Positions 10,728-20,481 of a DNA stretch of 64,000 bases are shown here, piece by piece. The stretch is from Calditrichota bacterium (lineage in GTDB: Bacteria > Electryoneota > RPQS01). Made by a program: the position numbers and the translations under genes. The stretch's first letter is position 1. Every line of letters begins with the position of its first letter. The notes beneath the pieces are model-generated. The model made no database searches, had not been told where the DNA came from, and saw nothing but the letters and a program-made list of their open reading frames with translations. The DNA is taken from positions 85,108 to 149,107 of the forward strand of contig JACJVZ010000001.1 of assembly GCA_020637445.1 (NCBI GenBank), given 5' to 3'.

Positions 10728-10760
10728 GAAGACCTGAATCTACAGGTCTTCTTTTATTTT
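10728..10760 (+). terminator. Rho-independent terminator
   Basis: GAAGACCTG-aatcta-CAGGTCTTC followed by TTTTATTTTT. Confidence 0.6.
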
Positions 10761-10966
10761 TGAAGTCACACGAAAAAAAGTAACAATTACACGATTTCGG
10801 GACATCATTAGGGGGTACCCAGGGACATAGAAAAACCAACAAAAAAATTCCGAACTCGGTTTCGAGACCAGGTTCGGAATGATTCTTAGGGTATTAGGCG
10901 GATAGAAATACTGGTGGGGTTTATGTAGAAGCCGTGGCTTTTCGTGAAAGCATGCTCTTTAATCCC

Positions 10967-11010
10967 TTGACTCATGCCAAATTGCTCCGTATATTCATTG
11001 AACAAATGAA
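10967..11010 (+). promoter_or_regulatory. Candidate promoter (TTGACT-17-TATATT) overlapped by the palindromic operator TTCATT-GAACA-AATGAA; putative SOS/LexA-type box for imuB-dnaE2
   Basis: TTGACT at 10967-10972, TATATT at 10990-10995, and a perfect 6-5-6 palindrome at 10994-11010 about 18 nt upstream of the imuB ATG. imuB-dnaE2 cassettes are classically LexA-controlled. Confidence 0.35.
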
Positions 11011-11027
11011 TAAATTATGGCACCCTG

Positions 11028-12176
11028 ATGATTGTTTTTATTATATTTCCGAGATTCTACTTGTACGGAGTGCAACCAAGCCAGAAGCTCGTGGTGATTA
11101 GGAACCGAACCGTCCTTGAAGCATCAGATGAAGCGGCCTGGCACGGAGTTCGGGCTGGTGATACCGTCAGATTGGCACGAAGACGGTGTCCAGGTCTCGA
11201 AGTTCAGGAGTTTCGGCCAGAAGACTATTCAGATCGTTTCGATCAGGTGTGGTCCAAGGTCGCCGGATTCACGCCGATGGTTCAGACCACAGATCTTCAT
11301 CATGGCTACTTGGATATTACGAAGGACATCAAGCGGTTTGGCGACGCAGATACGATGGTTCGAAGTCTAAATGAAGAGCTGACGAAGACAACGGGCCTTA
11401 ATATCAATTGGGGCGGAGGCGCGGACAAATGGATGGCTTGGCTTGCTCGTGGGCACAACCAGTTTATCACTCCTGCGATGGAGTCTCTTGTCCTGTCTAA
11501 GCTACCAATCGAGTCTATGGCTTTGCCAGAACGAGTTACGGAGCGTCTCCACCATTTCGACATCCATACAGTCGCGCAAGTCATGGCTTTGCCTTCAGGT
11601 TTTCTAGAATCGCATCTCGGATTTGACCGGAACTTTGTGCTGAAGTGCTTGACCAGGCACAAAGAACCCGTTCGACCCAGCTTTCCACCCCGTAAGATTG
11701 AAGCTCACCTGGACATTGCAGAATCAGATGAATTTGCCCGTCAACGGGTGATAAAAGAAGTCGCAAGGGAAATTGTCACACAACTCACAGAAGCTGCCAT
11801 GCAGACCTCATGTTTACGAATATCCTACAAAACTAGAACGAAGAAGCACGAAATTGACCACAGACTCTCGCATGGAGTTCTAAGTGAAGAGCGACTTTCA
11901 AAGATCCTATTTGATTTGCTGCCAGACGGCATACAGCAAAGCCTAAAGAGCATTTGGGTTGAAGTCCTTGGATTACTTCCCCGACAAGTTACCCAAGACT
12001 TGCTTTGGGAAAAGTCCCTAACAAACAACACTGACGAACAGCTTGAACGCACACAAAACAAACTTCACACTCGGTACGGAGTTGATTCATTGGTTTCCGG
12101 AAGCACTGCATATGCACGCCAACGGCCGCGTTTTGCACAGCTAGTATATCAATCACGCGGACTAACCCTACCGTAA
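11028..12176 (+). CDS. imuB: ImuB-like Y-family polymerase homolog (non-catalytic subunit of the error-prone polymerase cassette)
   Basis: The N-terminus IIFPRFYLYG resembles the ImuB LWCPDWP start. UmuC/DinB-like segment AAWHGVRAGDTVRLARRRCPGLEV. Sits immediately upstream of dnaE2. Confidence 0.65.
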   Translation: MIVFIIFPRFYLYGVQPSQKLVVIRNRTVLEASDEAAWHGVRAGDTVRLARRRCPGLEVQEFRPEDYSDRFDQVWSKVAGFTPMVQTTDLHHGYLDITKDIKRFGDADTMVRSLNEELTKTTGLNINWGGGADKWMAWLARGHNQFITPAMESLVLSKLPIESMALPERVTERLHHFDIHTVAQVMALPSGFLESHLGFDRNFVLKCLTRHKEPVRPSFPPRKIEAHLDIAESDEFARQRVIKEVAREIVTQLTEAAMQTSCLRISYKTRTKKHEIDHRLSHGVLSEERLSKILFDLLPDGIQQSLKSIWVEVLGLLPRQVTQDLLWEKSLTNNTDEQLERTQNKLHTRYGVDSLVSGSTAYARQRPRFAQLVYQSRGLTLP

Positions 12177-12395
12177 CATGGAGCCCGTGAACGTCACATG
12201 TTCTTCAGGTGCGCCAAATTCATTGTTCTGGCGTGGTCAATCACAGCTGATAATCTGCGTCTTAGATCATTGGTGGGAAGCAGGACGCTGGTGGGAGACG
12301 GAAGTAGCACGGGAGTTCTTTCTTGTACTGACGAATCAACGACGCATACTTTTGTGCCGCAACCCTAACTCCGGAGATTGGCTTGCCAAGTCAGC

Positions 12396-15300
12396 ATGAG
12401 ATCACCCGTACCACTTATGGTTCGCAGCGAGTTCAGCTTTCTGAATGGCGCATCGCGGTTGGAAGAGCTTGTCAAAGTTGCTGCCCAACTTGGTTATGAC
12501 ACGCTTGCGCTTACCGATGTAGACCACTTGTGCGGAGTTCCGGAGTTTCTTGGGTTATGCAAACGCCACGGAGTGCGACCGATACTAGGGTTAGAACTTA
12601 CATTAAACACCGGCAGAGTAATCGCCCTTGCCAAATCGCGCAAGGGTTTTGCTTCTCTATGTAGGTTAGTTACGGAATCGCATCTGGAAAATGAACGGCG
12701 TCAGCCCATGCTTCAGGAAGATCGTCTTCTTGATGACGCAGATGACTTGATTCTGATTGCGGGTGGCAATGATGCACCATTCGCATCATGGGTTTATCAG
12801 CAACGCATAGATAGGGCAGAAGCCAGGCTCCGTGGTATGCAAAATAGACTAGGCGCAGATTTTTTCGTGCGCATAGAACGAACGTTACAACCAATGCAGC
12901 AGGAATTCAACGCAAGACTGACGAGCCTTTGTTCGGATTTGAGAATCCCAGTCGTAGCCTGCAACTCTGTTCACTACGCACGTCCTAATCAATATCGCAT
13001 CTTCGATTTGCTATCCTGCATTCGCAACCTAATTAAACTGGACGACCCGCATCCTGAACGACCAATCAATGGATTCGGTTATTTGCAAAGCCCTATAGCT
13101 TTCACAAGACTGTTTGCAGACATGCCACAGGCTTTGGAAATGACTCATTCCATCGCTGATCGCTGCGAGAATTACTCATTGAATGACGAGTTGTATCGAC
13201 CACGGTTTGGCAGCATTTCTGAAGATGCTTCAATCCGCGAACTGTACAAGTTAACAGAAGCTGGTGCCCGAAGAAAATACGGCAGCATCAATGATGAGCT
13301 CGACAAGCGGATCAAATACGAACTTAGTGTCATCACGGATTTAAGTTTTGCAGGATACTTTCTGATCGTCCATGACCTCTTGACTTTTGCGAGGTCAAAA
13401 GGCGTCAGATACGCAGGGCGGGGCAGTTCAGCCGACTCTGTTGTGGCCTTTTGTCTGGACATTACAAAGGTAGATGCTTTCGAGCGCAACCTACGGTTTG
13501 AGAGATTCATCAACCCGGAACGAAAGGAATCGCTGCCAGACATTGATATTGATTTCGACCGTCGGTACCGCGATGAGATAGTTCAATATGTCATTGGCAA
13601 GTACGGACAAGAACACGTCGCAGGCGTGGCATCCTTCAATCGATACAGAGCACGGGGCACGATCCGGGACGTTGCAAAAGCACTAGGCTTTGAAACAGAG
13701 GATATTGACAAGCTGGCCAGGTATTCCCATTGGGCGCTTTCTGCCAAACGGATTGCTTCTACACTCGATAGTAGGCCTGAAATACGATCTTTGCAGGTTG
13801 ACAAGAAGAAGTTCGAACTTCTGTTTGAACTTTGCGCGGGCTTGGATGATGTGCCAAGACACATTTCTGCACATCCATGCGGCGTAATGATAACAGGAGC
13901 GCCGGTTCAGGGAATCACGCCACTTCTGCGTGCAGCCAACGGCATGTTGATTTCGCATTATGACAAAGATGGTGTTGAAGATCTCGGCTTGGTCAAATTT
14001 GATTTGCTTTCATTGCCTACGCTAGGCGTAGTCGAAGATACGGCAGTAATGGTTCGGCAGCATTCGCCCAAGTTTGAGTATGACCAAATCCCACTTGATG
14101 ATGAAAAGACCTTCGAACTGCTACGATCTGGAGAAACCACCGGTGGATTTCAAAATGAAAGCCCAGCACAACAATCCCTCGCACCAAGACTGCAAGCACG
14201 AACCATTGAAGACGTCATTGCTGCCGTCGCGTTGATTCGGCCAGGTCCACTAAAAGGTGATATGGTCGAACCATTTGTCAGGCGTCGAAATGGCACGGAA
14301 GCGGTCACTACAATTCATCCAGTTATCGACACGATTCTGGAGCACACCTACGGCGTCGTTTTGTACCAAGAACAGGTAATCAGTATCGCAGTAGAACTAG
14401 CTGGGTTCACACCCGGCCAAGCCGATGTCTTACGCAGGACTATTTCTCACAATCGATCGTATGAGAAGATGGCCGAATTAGGCGAACAGTTTGTGAAACA
14501 GGCCATTGAACGCGGTGTTGAACCAGATTTGGCGCAGAAAGTCTTTACTTGGATTCAAGGCTACGCAGGATATGGCTTTTGTGAAGCACACGCAGCTTCA
14601 TTTGGGGATACGAGTTACAAAACAGCCTATCTACTTCAACATCATCCAGCTGAATTCTACGCTTCGCTACTGAATCATCAACCAATGGGGTTCTTTCCGG
14701 CTGCCACGTTGATGAATGAAGCCAGGCGAAGGGGAATTGCCGTTTTGGGACCGGATTGTAATAGCAGTGGTGCCACAACTACAGTCCAAAATGGGGCGAT
14801 TCGAATTGGGCTATTGCAGATTTCGGGAATGAACGAGGCGGAAGCGAAAGAAATAACTGGTGCAGCTCCGTATGTCTCGTGGGGTGATTTTGTACGGCGC
14901 GTTCGACTGAATCGCGACCTACTGGAGAACCTTGTTTTGTCAGGTGCGTTTGACTCGCTTCACAAGAATCGCAAAGAACTACTTTTCAGCTTAGGGACAA
15001 TTCTGCCGCCGATTGATACGGGCAAGCTTACGCTGGCCTTGGATCTTGAACCGGTGATTTCACGCAGACCGGACTTTGATGCCTTCACGCGTTCAATGCA
15101 GGAACATCGCGTTCTGGGCTTTTCACCAGATCGGCATATTATCTCTTTCTGGCGGGAGTCACTTGCGAAGCGGGGGATTCAGACATGCAGAGAAGTAAAG
15201 ACCAATCAAGATTCCAAAACAATTCTGTCAGCAGCCGGAGTTGTAATACGACCACACACACCACCAACTAAGTCCGGCAAACGAGTCATTTTCTTCTCCC

Positions 15301-15479
15301 TCGAAGATGAATCCGGACTATTGAACGTCACGGTCTTTCCGGACGTGCAGGAGAAGTTTGGTCATCTGATTCCAGGTCAATCAATGCTGGTTGTCACGGG
15401 CAGAAAGGACAAGCGTGGCAGCAATGGACTGACTGCGTCGCATCTGGCGCCACTTCCCAATAGATTTGGAAAAAAGTAA
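12396..15479 (+). CDS. dnaE2: Error-prone DNA polymerase III alpha-subunit homolog DnaE2 (ImuC)
   Basis: PHP domain start MVRSEFSFLNGASRLEELV. Pol III alpha motifs (HYDKDGVEDLGLVKFDLLSLPTL; GVVLYQEQV). About 1030 aa, which fits DnaE2 rather than the replicative DnaE. The start is taken at ATG 12396 or 12417; the six-frame ORF begins at a TTG at 12378. Confidence 0.85.
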   Translation: MRSPVPLMVRSEFSFLNGASRLEELVKVAAQLGYDTLALTDVDHLCGVPEFLGLCKRHGVRPILGLELTLNTGRVIALAKSRKGFASLCRLVTESHLENERRQPMLQEDRLLDDADDLILIAGGNDAPFASWVYQQRIDRAEARLRGMQNRLGADFFVRIERTLQPMQQEFNARLTSLCSDLRIPVVACNSVHYARPNQYRIFDLLSCIRNLIKLDDPHPERPINGFGYLQSPIAFTRLFADMPQALEMTHSIADRCENYSLNDELYRPRFGSISEDASIRELYKLTEAGARRKYGSINDELDKRIKYELSVITDLSFAGYFLIVHDLLTFARSKGVRYAGRGSSADSVVAFCLDITKVDAFERNLRFERFINPERKESLPDIDIDFDRRYRDEIVQYVIGKYGQEHVAGVASFNRYRARGTIRDVAKALGFETEDIDKLARYSHWALSAKRIASTLDSRPEIRSLQVDKKKFELLFELCAGLDDVPRHISAHPCGVMITGAPVQGITPLLRAANGMLISHYDKDGVEDLGLVKFDLLSLPTLGVVEDTAVMVRQHSPKFEYDQIPLDDEKTFELLRSGETTGGFQNESPAQQSLAPRLQARTIEDVIAAVALIRPGPLKGDMVEPFVRRRNGTEAVTTIHPVIDTILEHTYGVVLYQEQVISIAVELAGFTPGQADVLRRTISHNRSYEKMAELGEQFVKQAIERGVEPDLAQKVFTWIQGYAGYGFCEAHAASFGDTSYKTAYLLQHHPAEFYASLLNHQPMGFFPAATLMNEARRRGIAVLGPDCNSSGATTTVQNGAIRIGLLQISGMNEAEAKEITGAAPYVSWGDFVRRVRLNRDLLENLVLSGAFDSLHKNRKELLFSLGTILPPIDTGKLTLALDLEPVISRRPDFDAFTRSMQEHRVLGFSPDRHIISFWRESLAKRGIQTCREVKTNQDSKTILSAAGVVIRPHTPPTKSGKRVIFFSLEDESGLLNVTVFPDVQEKFGHLIPGQSMLVVTGRKDKRGSNGLTASHLAPLPNRFGKK

Positions 15480-15838
15480 GCCTCGACCGATTTGGTCAAG
15501 GCTTTTTAGGGTAAGTAGATTGGATGCATCTTAGGCACCCGATTCCAACGGCGAACCTACTGGATTCTTAACATCACCCCAATGCGACCAGTGGTCCAAC
15601 CACATACCAGTGAAGTTGGGAGCTTGTGGCACACGTTCATCATGAATTGGGTAGTCGACATCTGGTTTTATTGTCTTCCGGTTGTTTTCGATCGGTCGAT
15701 GAGGCAGAAAGAAATGCTGAATCGAATCTGACTTTCGCCTGAATCCGAGTTGTTTTAGTGTTTTTGTTGTGGGGTTTAGTGTGGATGTTGTCATGAATAT
15801 TCTTTCGTGATTTCTTGCGCAGTCTTGCCATTCAGAAA

Positions 15839-16108
15839 TGTAACCTGGATTTTGAATTTGTAACCAGCATGTAACCAACGTAAGGCGAGTATTTTCTAAC
15901 GTGTAACCATGTAACCAATTTTTGCGATACACACCCCACTATAAATGATTTTTTGATCGTCGTATTCAGCATTGAATCTAGTGAATTGAATTTTCTATAA
16001 TGAGAGTATCGTTCTAAAAAGGTTACAAGGTTACATTACTATTTCTACTCCACTTACGTGGTTACAATCAGGTTACATGAAGGTTACATTTTAGGAAAAC
16101 AGGTTACA
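15839..16108. repeat. Iteron-type origin candidate: 5x TGTAACC (15839-15916), a ~100-bp AT-rich spacer, then 6x GGTTACA (16021-16108) in mirror-image spacing
   Basis: Left heptamer starts: 15839, 15859, 15870, 15902, 15910. Right heptamer starts: 16021, 16029, 16059, 16071, 16082, 16102. The spacings mirror each other (left 20/11/32/8, right 8/30/12/11/20) around an AT-rich centre at 15917-16020. The region lies just downstream of, and overlaps the 3' end of, the replicase gene. Confidence 0.6.
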
Positions 16109-18997
16109 ATTATTATCAAAAGGTTTTTGTTTTGGCGTTTTCTTATTCGGCGTTTGACTTTCGTCGTCGTCTGCAAGCGATCTGCTGATTGCTTCAAAGC
16201 CCGATAGATCCAGCCCAAGCGTCGTTGCCAATTCTATGTCAACAATGATGCATTTCTTCGGCGCACTCTTCTTGCCATAACTATCATTCTTGAATCTTAC
16301 GGGGTGGTTTGTCTTAACGACAAATTCCTTTCGCGAATCAAGCTGCTTTTGATAGGCTGCGTAGTCACTTATTTCACCGTCGTAACCAATTCGACTGGCA
16401 TTTGCAGCAAATACTTGCGCTGCAGTCCTAAGGTGAATTGCGAGATATTCTTTGCTCGAGTCCAGACTTCTAATGTTTACGAACGCATAGTCTACATGCT
16501 GTTTCGCTAAGTCTCTTTCAGCCATTATTGCGAGTTGTTCGAGCAAGTAGTCAAACGAAAGTTTCACTTGACCATTGCCAGCACCAGTAACTTCTTCGAT
16601 TTGGATGTCGATCGCTTTCTGCAGGTCGATCTGCCCAGCCATCGAAATGCCGTACTTTGCTGCAAAGTCTTGCATCAACGTCAAACCGAACACCATGGCA
16701 GTAATGTTGTTTTGAATGCGGGGTGCGACATGCTTGTCGCCATACAAAGCTTTTGCAGTATTTTCTGCGTCAGCCAATCGCGCTGCCACATCCACTCCCA
16801 AGCAGAAAGGAATATATTGTGTCATGAAAGCCTGAAGATCAAGACCCTTCAAAGATCTAAATGCTGTTTGGCAAGCACTGTTCTTCTTGATTTCATCTGT
16901 GAATCCTGCAATCAACACACGTTCCAGAACGGCTGATTCCTTTACCTTGGATTCACCACACAAAACCACCGGTGCGGTCAAGTGGTAGTGTGTTACGGTC
17001 TGATCAGGATTACCCTTGTCTTCGATTTCTCCACGATAAACTTTGCGCAGCATTCTGGTCAGGTCCATTACCTGGCCATCACGCATATCGTATGGTTTGA
17101 ACTCGTCTAGGACGACAGGTACTGCATTTGTACTACTGAGCAGTTTCAGCATCGGAAACTGTTTCATGGTGCATGAAGACACAACAGGATCATCGTAACC
17201 GTGCAACGACATCATCAATTCCAGAAGTGAAGTCTTTCCGCCGCCCTGTGTACCATAACAGAACAATGCTGGGAAACTTCCGACTAAGTCCGTGATGCGT
17301 GGCTTCAACGGGACGGCGAAAAACCAACCTAGAATAGGCAGCATCACTTCCGGCTGATTGACGGCAAGAATATTGTTGAAGAATGTGTTGATAATGGATG
17401 CATAGTCAGTATCAGACATCTGCGAATATTTAACACGCGCATGAAGCGAATCCGAACTTTTGTCAAAAGGCATGATTTGCATCGGATTGATCTGACCGGC
17501 AGCGGTCAAATTCAGATCACGAACAACCCAAATGTCGTCGTGCAATCCAATACTGCGGGTTCCCTGTTTTCTAACAGCAACCTTAGATATGACATGCTGA
17601 CAGACGTCGATTACGTCCAGGTCGCTGCCATGAAAAGTTCCTTCGCTGTGCTTGGTTGCTTTCATGAACTTTCCACGCGTGTGCCAATCCGTGTTTTCGA
17701 TAGTAATCCCGGTCCATTCCTGACCGGAGATGTGTTTGATTGTGCAGTTCAAAACATCGCCGTCTGGCAGCATTAACAGTTCGCCAGCATCGATCGTAAA
17801 TGGCGTCAGCATGATAAAATCGCCGTTCTTTCCAATCTTGCCATAGCATCCGCTGCGTTCCACAATCGGGCTATCAATCGGGTCATACTTAGAAGCCCAA
17901 CCTGCAGGCGCTTTGGGAGCACCCACAGGCAATTCGAACTTCACGCCCTGATCCGCAAATGTTTCATAGCTTTGTGGGCCATTCCAGTTTTCGGCGATAT
18001 CGCAATACAGGTCATCTAGCTTCTCCTGGCTGAATCGCTCGGGTTCGCGCTTGCTCAATTCGGTAAATCGATCCCAACCACCCGTTTTTACCAAGTAGTT
18101 GGAGCCAACTCCCACCCAAGGGTCATAGTCCCACCCACAAGGGTTCTCTTCGAACATCCGAATTATTGGGCAGTGTTCGATCATACTGGCTAGACCTGGC
18201 TGATTCAATTGAATGCCGGAATTGGAAGCGTGCAACTTTGCATGGTCGACTTTCGAATTGCCAATAACACGCTTTACCGCCATTGCTGAGTTGCGCTGGA
18301 CTTCATCCAAAGTACGCACCGGATCATCAACAGGCTGAAAGTTTGTTGGATTAAGCAATTCACTTCGCTGACCAGACACCTTATGCAGTGCGAATGGTAG
18401 TTTTAGTAGGTTGCCAAGCCCTTTCTTCCCACTTATGGAATCTTGTTTGGGAAAGATTTCAATATGCAAACCGTCGGGCAGCATACCGATCTTTGAAATT
18501 AGTACACGACCAAGTTGTTTTGCCTGGGCCGCAGGAAACAATTCTTCAAACAACAGTATAACGTGGTATCCCTTGCGGCCACTAAATTCTAACAATGCAT
18601 GCAAGCCCAAGTCTTCACATGCCGAAAGCAGCTTGCACGCGGTGTCCTGAAGTGCGGGAAGGTACTCAAGTACCTTGTCTGTGTGTTCTTTGTTGACATC
18701 AATATCCAAGGCAAGGAATTTTACTTTGTCGTCCTTGTCAATGGGATAGATGCCGATAGTTGTGTCGCCTGCGACGTGATTCTGCAGATCGACAAGCGTT
18801 AGTTCGCAATTCTGCGGGTAATAGTCGCCATTCGATTGTTGAACGGCATAGTTGTCGGTTCTTGTAACAAACCTATGTAGTAATCCCGACGCAACCAGAA
18901 GCACCTGCGCCGGGTTGGTATCAAACTTGTTATCATTATTATGCTGTGTGGTAGCTGTCAGTGGTTCTTCCACTGCGTACGGTAATGCCATTCTCAT
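16091..18997 (-). CDS. Replicase: N-terminal archaeo-eukaryotic-type primase-polymerase (PrimPol) domain fused to a C-terminal D5/P4-like SF3 helicase P-loop NTPase
   Basis: AEP motifs IGIYPIDKDD...FLALDIDVN...SGRKGYHVILLF near the N-terminus. Walker A GTQGGGKTSLLELMM in the C-terminal half. 968 aa. Adjacent to the iterons. Confidence 0.75.
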   Translation of the reverse strand: MRMALPYAVEEPLTATTQHNNDNKFDTNPAQVLLVASGLLHRFVTRTDNYAVQQSNGDYYPQNCELTLVDLQNHVAGDTTIGIYPIDKDDKVKFLALDIDVNKEHTDKVLEYLPALQDTACKLLSACEDLGLHALLEFSGRKGYHVILLFEELFPAAQAKQLGRVLISKIGMLPDGLHIEIFPKQDSISGKKGLGNLLKLPFALHKVSGQRSELLNPTNFQPVDDPVRTLDEVQRNSAMAVKRVIGNSKVDHAKLHASNSGIQLNQPGLASMIEHCPIIRMFEENPCGWDYDPWVGVGSNYLVKTGGWDRFTELSKREPERFSQEKLDDLYCDIAENWNGPQSYETFADQGVKFELPVGAPKAPAGWASKYDPIDSPIVERSGCYGKIGKNGDFIMLTPFTIDAGELLMLPDGDVLNCTIKHISGQEWTGITIENTDWHTRGKFMKATKHSEGTFHGSDLDVIDVCQHVISKVAVRKQGTRSIGLHDDIWVVRDLNLTAAGQINPMQIMPFDKSSDSLHARVKYSQMSDTDYASIINTFFNNILAVNQPEVMLPILGWFFAVPLKPRITDLVGSFPALFCYGTQGGGKTSLLELMMSLHGYDDPVVSSCTMKQFPMLKLLSSTNAVPVVLDEFKPYDMRDGQVMDLTRMLRKVYRGEIEDKGNPDQTVTHYHLTAPVVLCGESKVKESAVLERVLIAGFTDEIKKNSACQTAFRSLKGLDLQAFMTQYIPFCLGVDVAARLADAENTAKALYGDKHVAPRIQNNITAMVFGLTLMQDFAAKYGISMAGQIDLQKAIDIQIEEVTGAGNGQVKLSFDYLLEQLAIMAERDLAKQHVDYAFVNIRSLDSSKEYLAIHLRTAAQVFAANASRIGYDGEISDYAAYQKQLDSRKEFVVKTNHPVRFKNDSYGKKSAPKKCIIVDIELATTLGLDLSGFEAISRSLADDDESQTPNKKTPKQKPFDNNCNLFS

Positions 18998-19229
18998 TTG
19001 CCTTTCTCTTAATATCGAAGACCAAAGTCTTCATCATGGTCTGTGCATTCAAAAAGTCCTGCACCCGCACAGACAGGGTATTGCGGAAAAATCCGTCTTC
19101 GATCGCCTTAATTTCGGGGCAGTCATCGAAACGGAAGAAGATTCGTCCAAGGTCGTCCACGTAGTAGTCTACGAATTGGTGGCCCTTGGCTTTCAAAGTC
19201 GTTATCAATCCAAAATCTTTTGTTTTCAT
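18939..19229 (-). CDS. Hypothetical small protein upstream of the replicase (its 3' end overlaps the replicase start)
   Basis: 96-aa ORF in the same orientation as the replicase. No motifs recognised. Confidence 0.3.
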   Translation of the reverse strand: MKTKDFGLITTLKAKGHQFVDYYVDDLGRIFFRFDDCPEIKAIEDGFFRNTLSVRVQDFLNAQTMMKTLVFDIKRKANENGITVRSGRTTDSYHTA

Positions 19230-19245
19230 TGTTGATTTCCTTTAG

Positions 19246-19609
19246 TTAGGGAATAAGTGGCAGAATTGTTCTTAGCCATTTCAGCATATCTTTCTTGCCC
19301 GCGTATCTGCTGCCGAACGCTGGTTGCGGCATCGGGAATTGTTGCGCGAGTGCGTGCGGAACTTGCAAAATGCTGCGATGCAGCAGGCATTGAAAGGCGA
19401 TTTCACTGGCAAACCTTCCGTCAGTAAGTCCTAAATGGCGCTTGATTGCTTGTGTATCGCTTGTGCCGATTGCCTTGTTTTCCCAGGGCAACCATAGAAT
19501 GTACCAACAACCTGCTACGCAGTAGCACTTTAGACCGTGGGCCATTAGGTAGTGCGCGGTCCTTTGGGCGCTCATCAGCGCCATTCCATGCAATATTTTC
19601 TTCTTCATG
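19246..19609 (-). CDS. Hypothetical protein (121 aa)
   Basis: Internal ATG preceded by AAGGAAG (MKKKILHG...). The longer upstream extension has no RBS. Confidence 0.35.
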
Positions 19610-19709
19610 TTTTCTTCCTTTGTGTTCTTAAGAAAAGCCGGATCATAGACCCGGCACACGAAGGAAGGAAGTTATCATCTTCATGCGCCGAGCATATCCA
19701 TATTCATTA

Positions 19710-19985
19710 TTATTGGCAGCGTCTTAGTCCTTCAAAAATGATCCACGCTGTGACGATCATCTTGTTATCAGTTTGCGGCTTCATGTAGTCGTGCCGCGTT
19801 AGAAATTCTATCAATTCGTGATGGTCATACAAGTTGACCAGTTGCTCTTGGCAATATAGATACGGATGCCGGTCATCCAAGGCCACAAAATCGGCATTAT
19901 CAGCTTCCAAGCTACTAAGTATGCCGGAAGCACGGCGTATGGCTTTATGTGCTGGAGTGTTGTTGCTTGTTTTGAAGCGCGGCAT
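19710..19985 (-). CDS. Hypothetical protein
   Basis: ORF whose ATG is preceded by AAGGGA. Overlaps the stop of the next gene by ~40 nt. Weak call. Confidence 0.25.
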   Translation of the reverse strand: MPRFKTSNNTPAHKAIRRASGILSSLEADNADFVALDDRHPYLYCQEQLVNLYDHHELIEFLTRHDYMKPQTDNKMIVTAWIIFEGLRRCQ

Positions 19986-20481
19986 TAAGTTCCCTTTGTT
20001 TCTGATTAATGAGTGCGATGATGTTTGCCTTGTTGTTAAGTATCTTGTTGACATGAATGCTGGTATCAGCCGGTTTCTTTGTATGCGTAGCGATCAAGTC
20101 ACTGTGGTGGAACTTGAAAAGTTCAAGTACAAACAAGCGGAGCCGTGTATCGTTGTCGAACAACGTGCCGTCATTCAGCAGTTTCTTTAAGTTTGCTAAT
20201 TCAGACTGAAAATTACGGGCGGTCAGCCATTCATCAAGATGAATTCCCAGCCCAATCAGATTGCCGGTTAACAACCTAGCCTGTTCTTTTGTTAAGTGAT
20301 CTTTGACTGTAAACAGGCCCGTGCGAATCAACAAGGCTTCAAGTTCTCGACGGCTTATAATATCGGTCACGTCTTCGCCATCACAGAGGTAGTGGAAGTT
20401 TGGAAACAAGACGGGAATACCGCCCATTTTCAACAAGGCCAACGCCTGTTCGAGTGCGGTTTCTTCAATGGTTTTTTTCAT
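19945..20481 (-). CDS. Hypothetical protein (178 aa)
   Basis: Clean ORF with coding-like composition. No motifs recognised. Confidence 0.4.
   Translation of the reverse strand: MKKTIEETALEQALALLKMGGIPVLFPNFHYLCDGEDVTDIISRRELEALLIRTGLFTVKDHLTKEQARLLTGNLIGLGIHLDEWLTARNFQSELANLKKLLNDGTLFDNDTRLRLFVLELFKFHHSDLIATHTKKPADTSIHVNKILNNKANIIALINQKQRELNAALQNKQQHSST

Noticed and set aside
10841-10874. Inverted repeat ATTCCGAAC...GTTCGGAAT
   Set aside because: It could be a regulatory palindrome or just a weak hairpin between a terminator and the imuB promoter. Alone it carries no clear functional signal.
12178-12399. 73-aa ORF between imuB and dnaE2
   Set aside because: No RBS and a Trp/Arg-rich odd composition. 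It is probably the untranslated intergenic leader of dnaE2.
15535-15557. Possible attL (GCACCCGATTCCAACGGCGAACC) resembling the tRNA-Lys 3' end. A second weak candidate lies at 10811-10840.
   Set aside because: These are only interrupted, partial matches (GCACCC...CGAACC) and not an exact direct repeat. They are insufficient to call an att site without a computed alignment.
15531-15932. 133-aa minus-strand ORF
   Set aside because: It overlaps the left iteron array. Its translation is largely the read-through of the TGTAACC repeats (GYTLENTRLTLVTCW...). It is more likely non-coding origin DNA.
15839-16108. Possible CRISPR array
   Set aside because: The repeat unit is only 7 bp, the spacings are irregular (8-32 bp), and the two halves are inverted relative to each other. 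That is iteron/ori architecture, not CRISPR.
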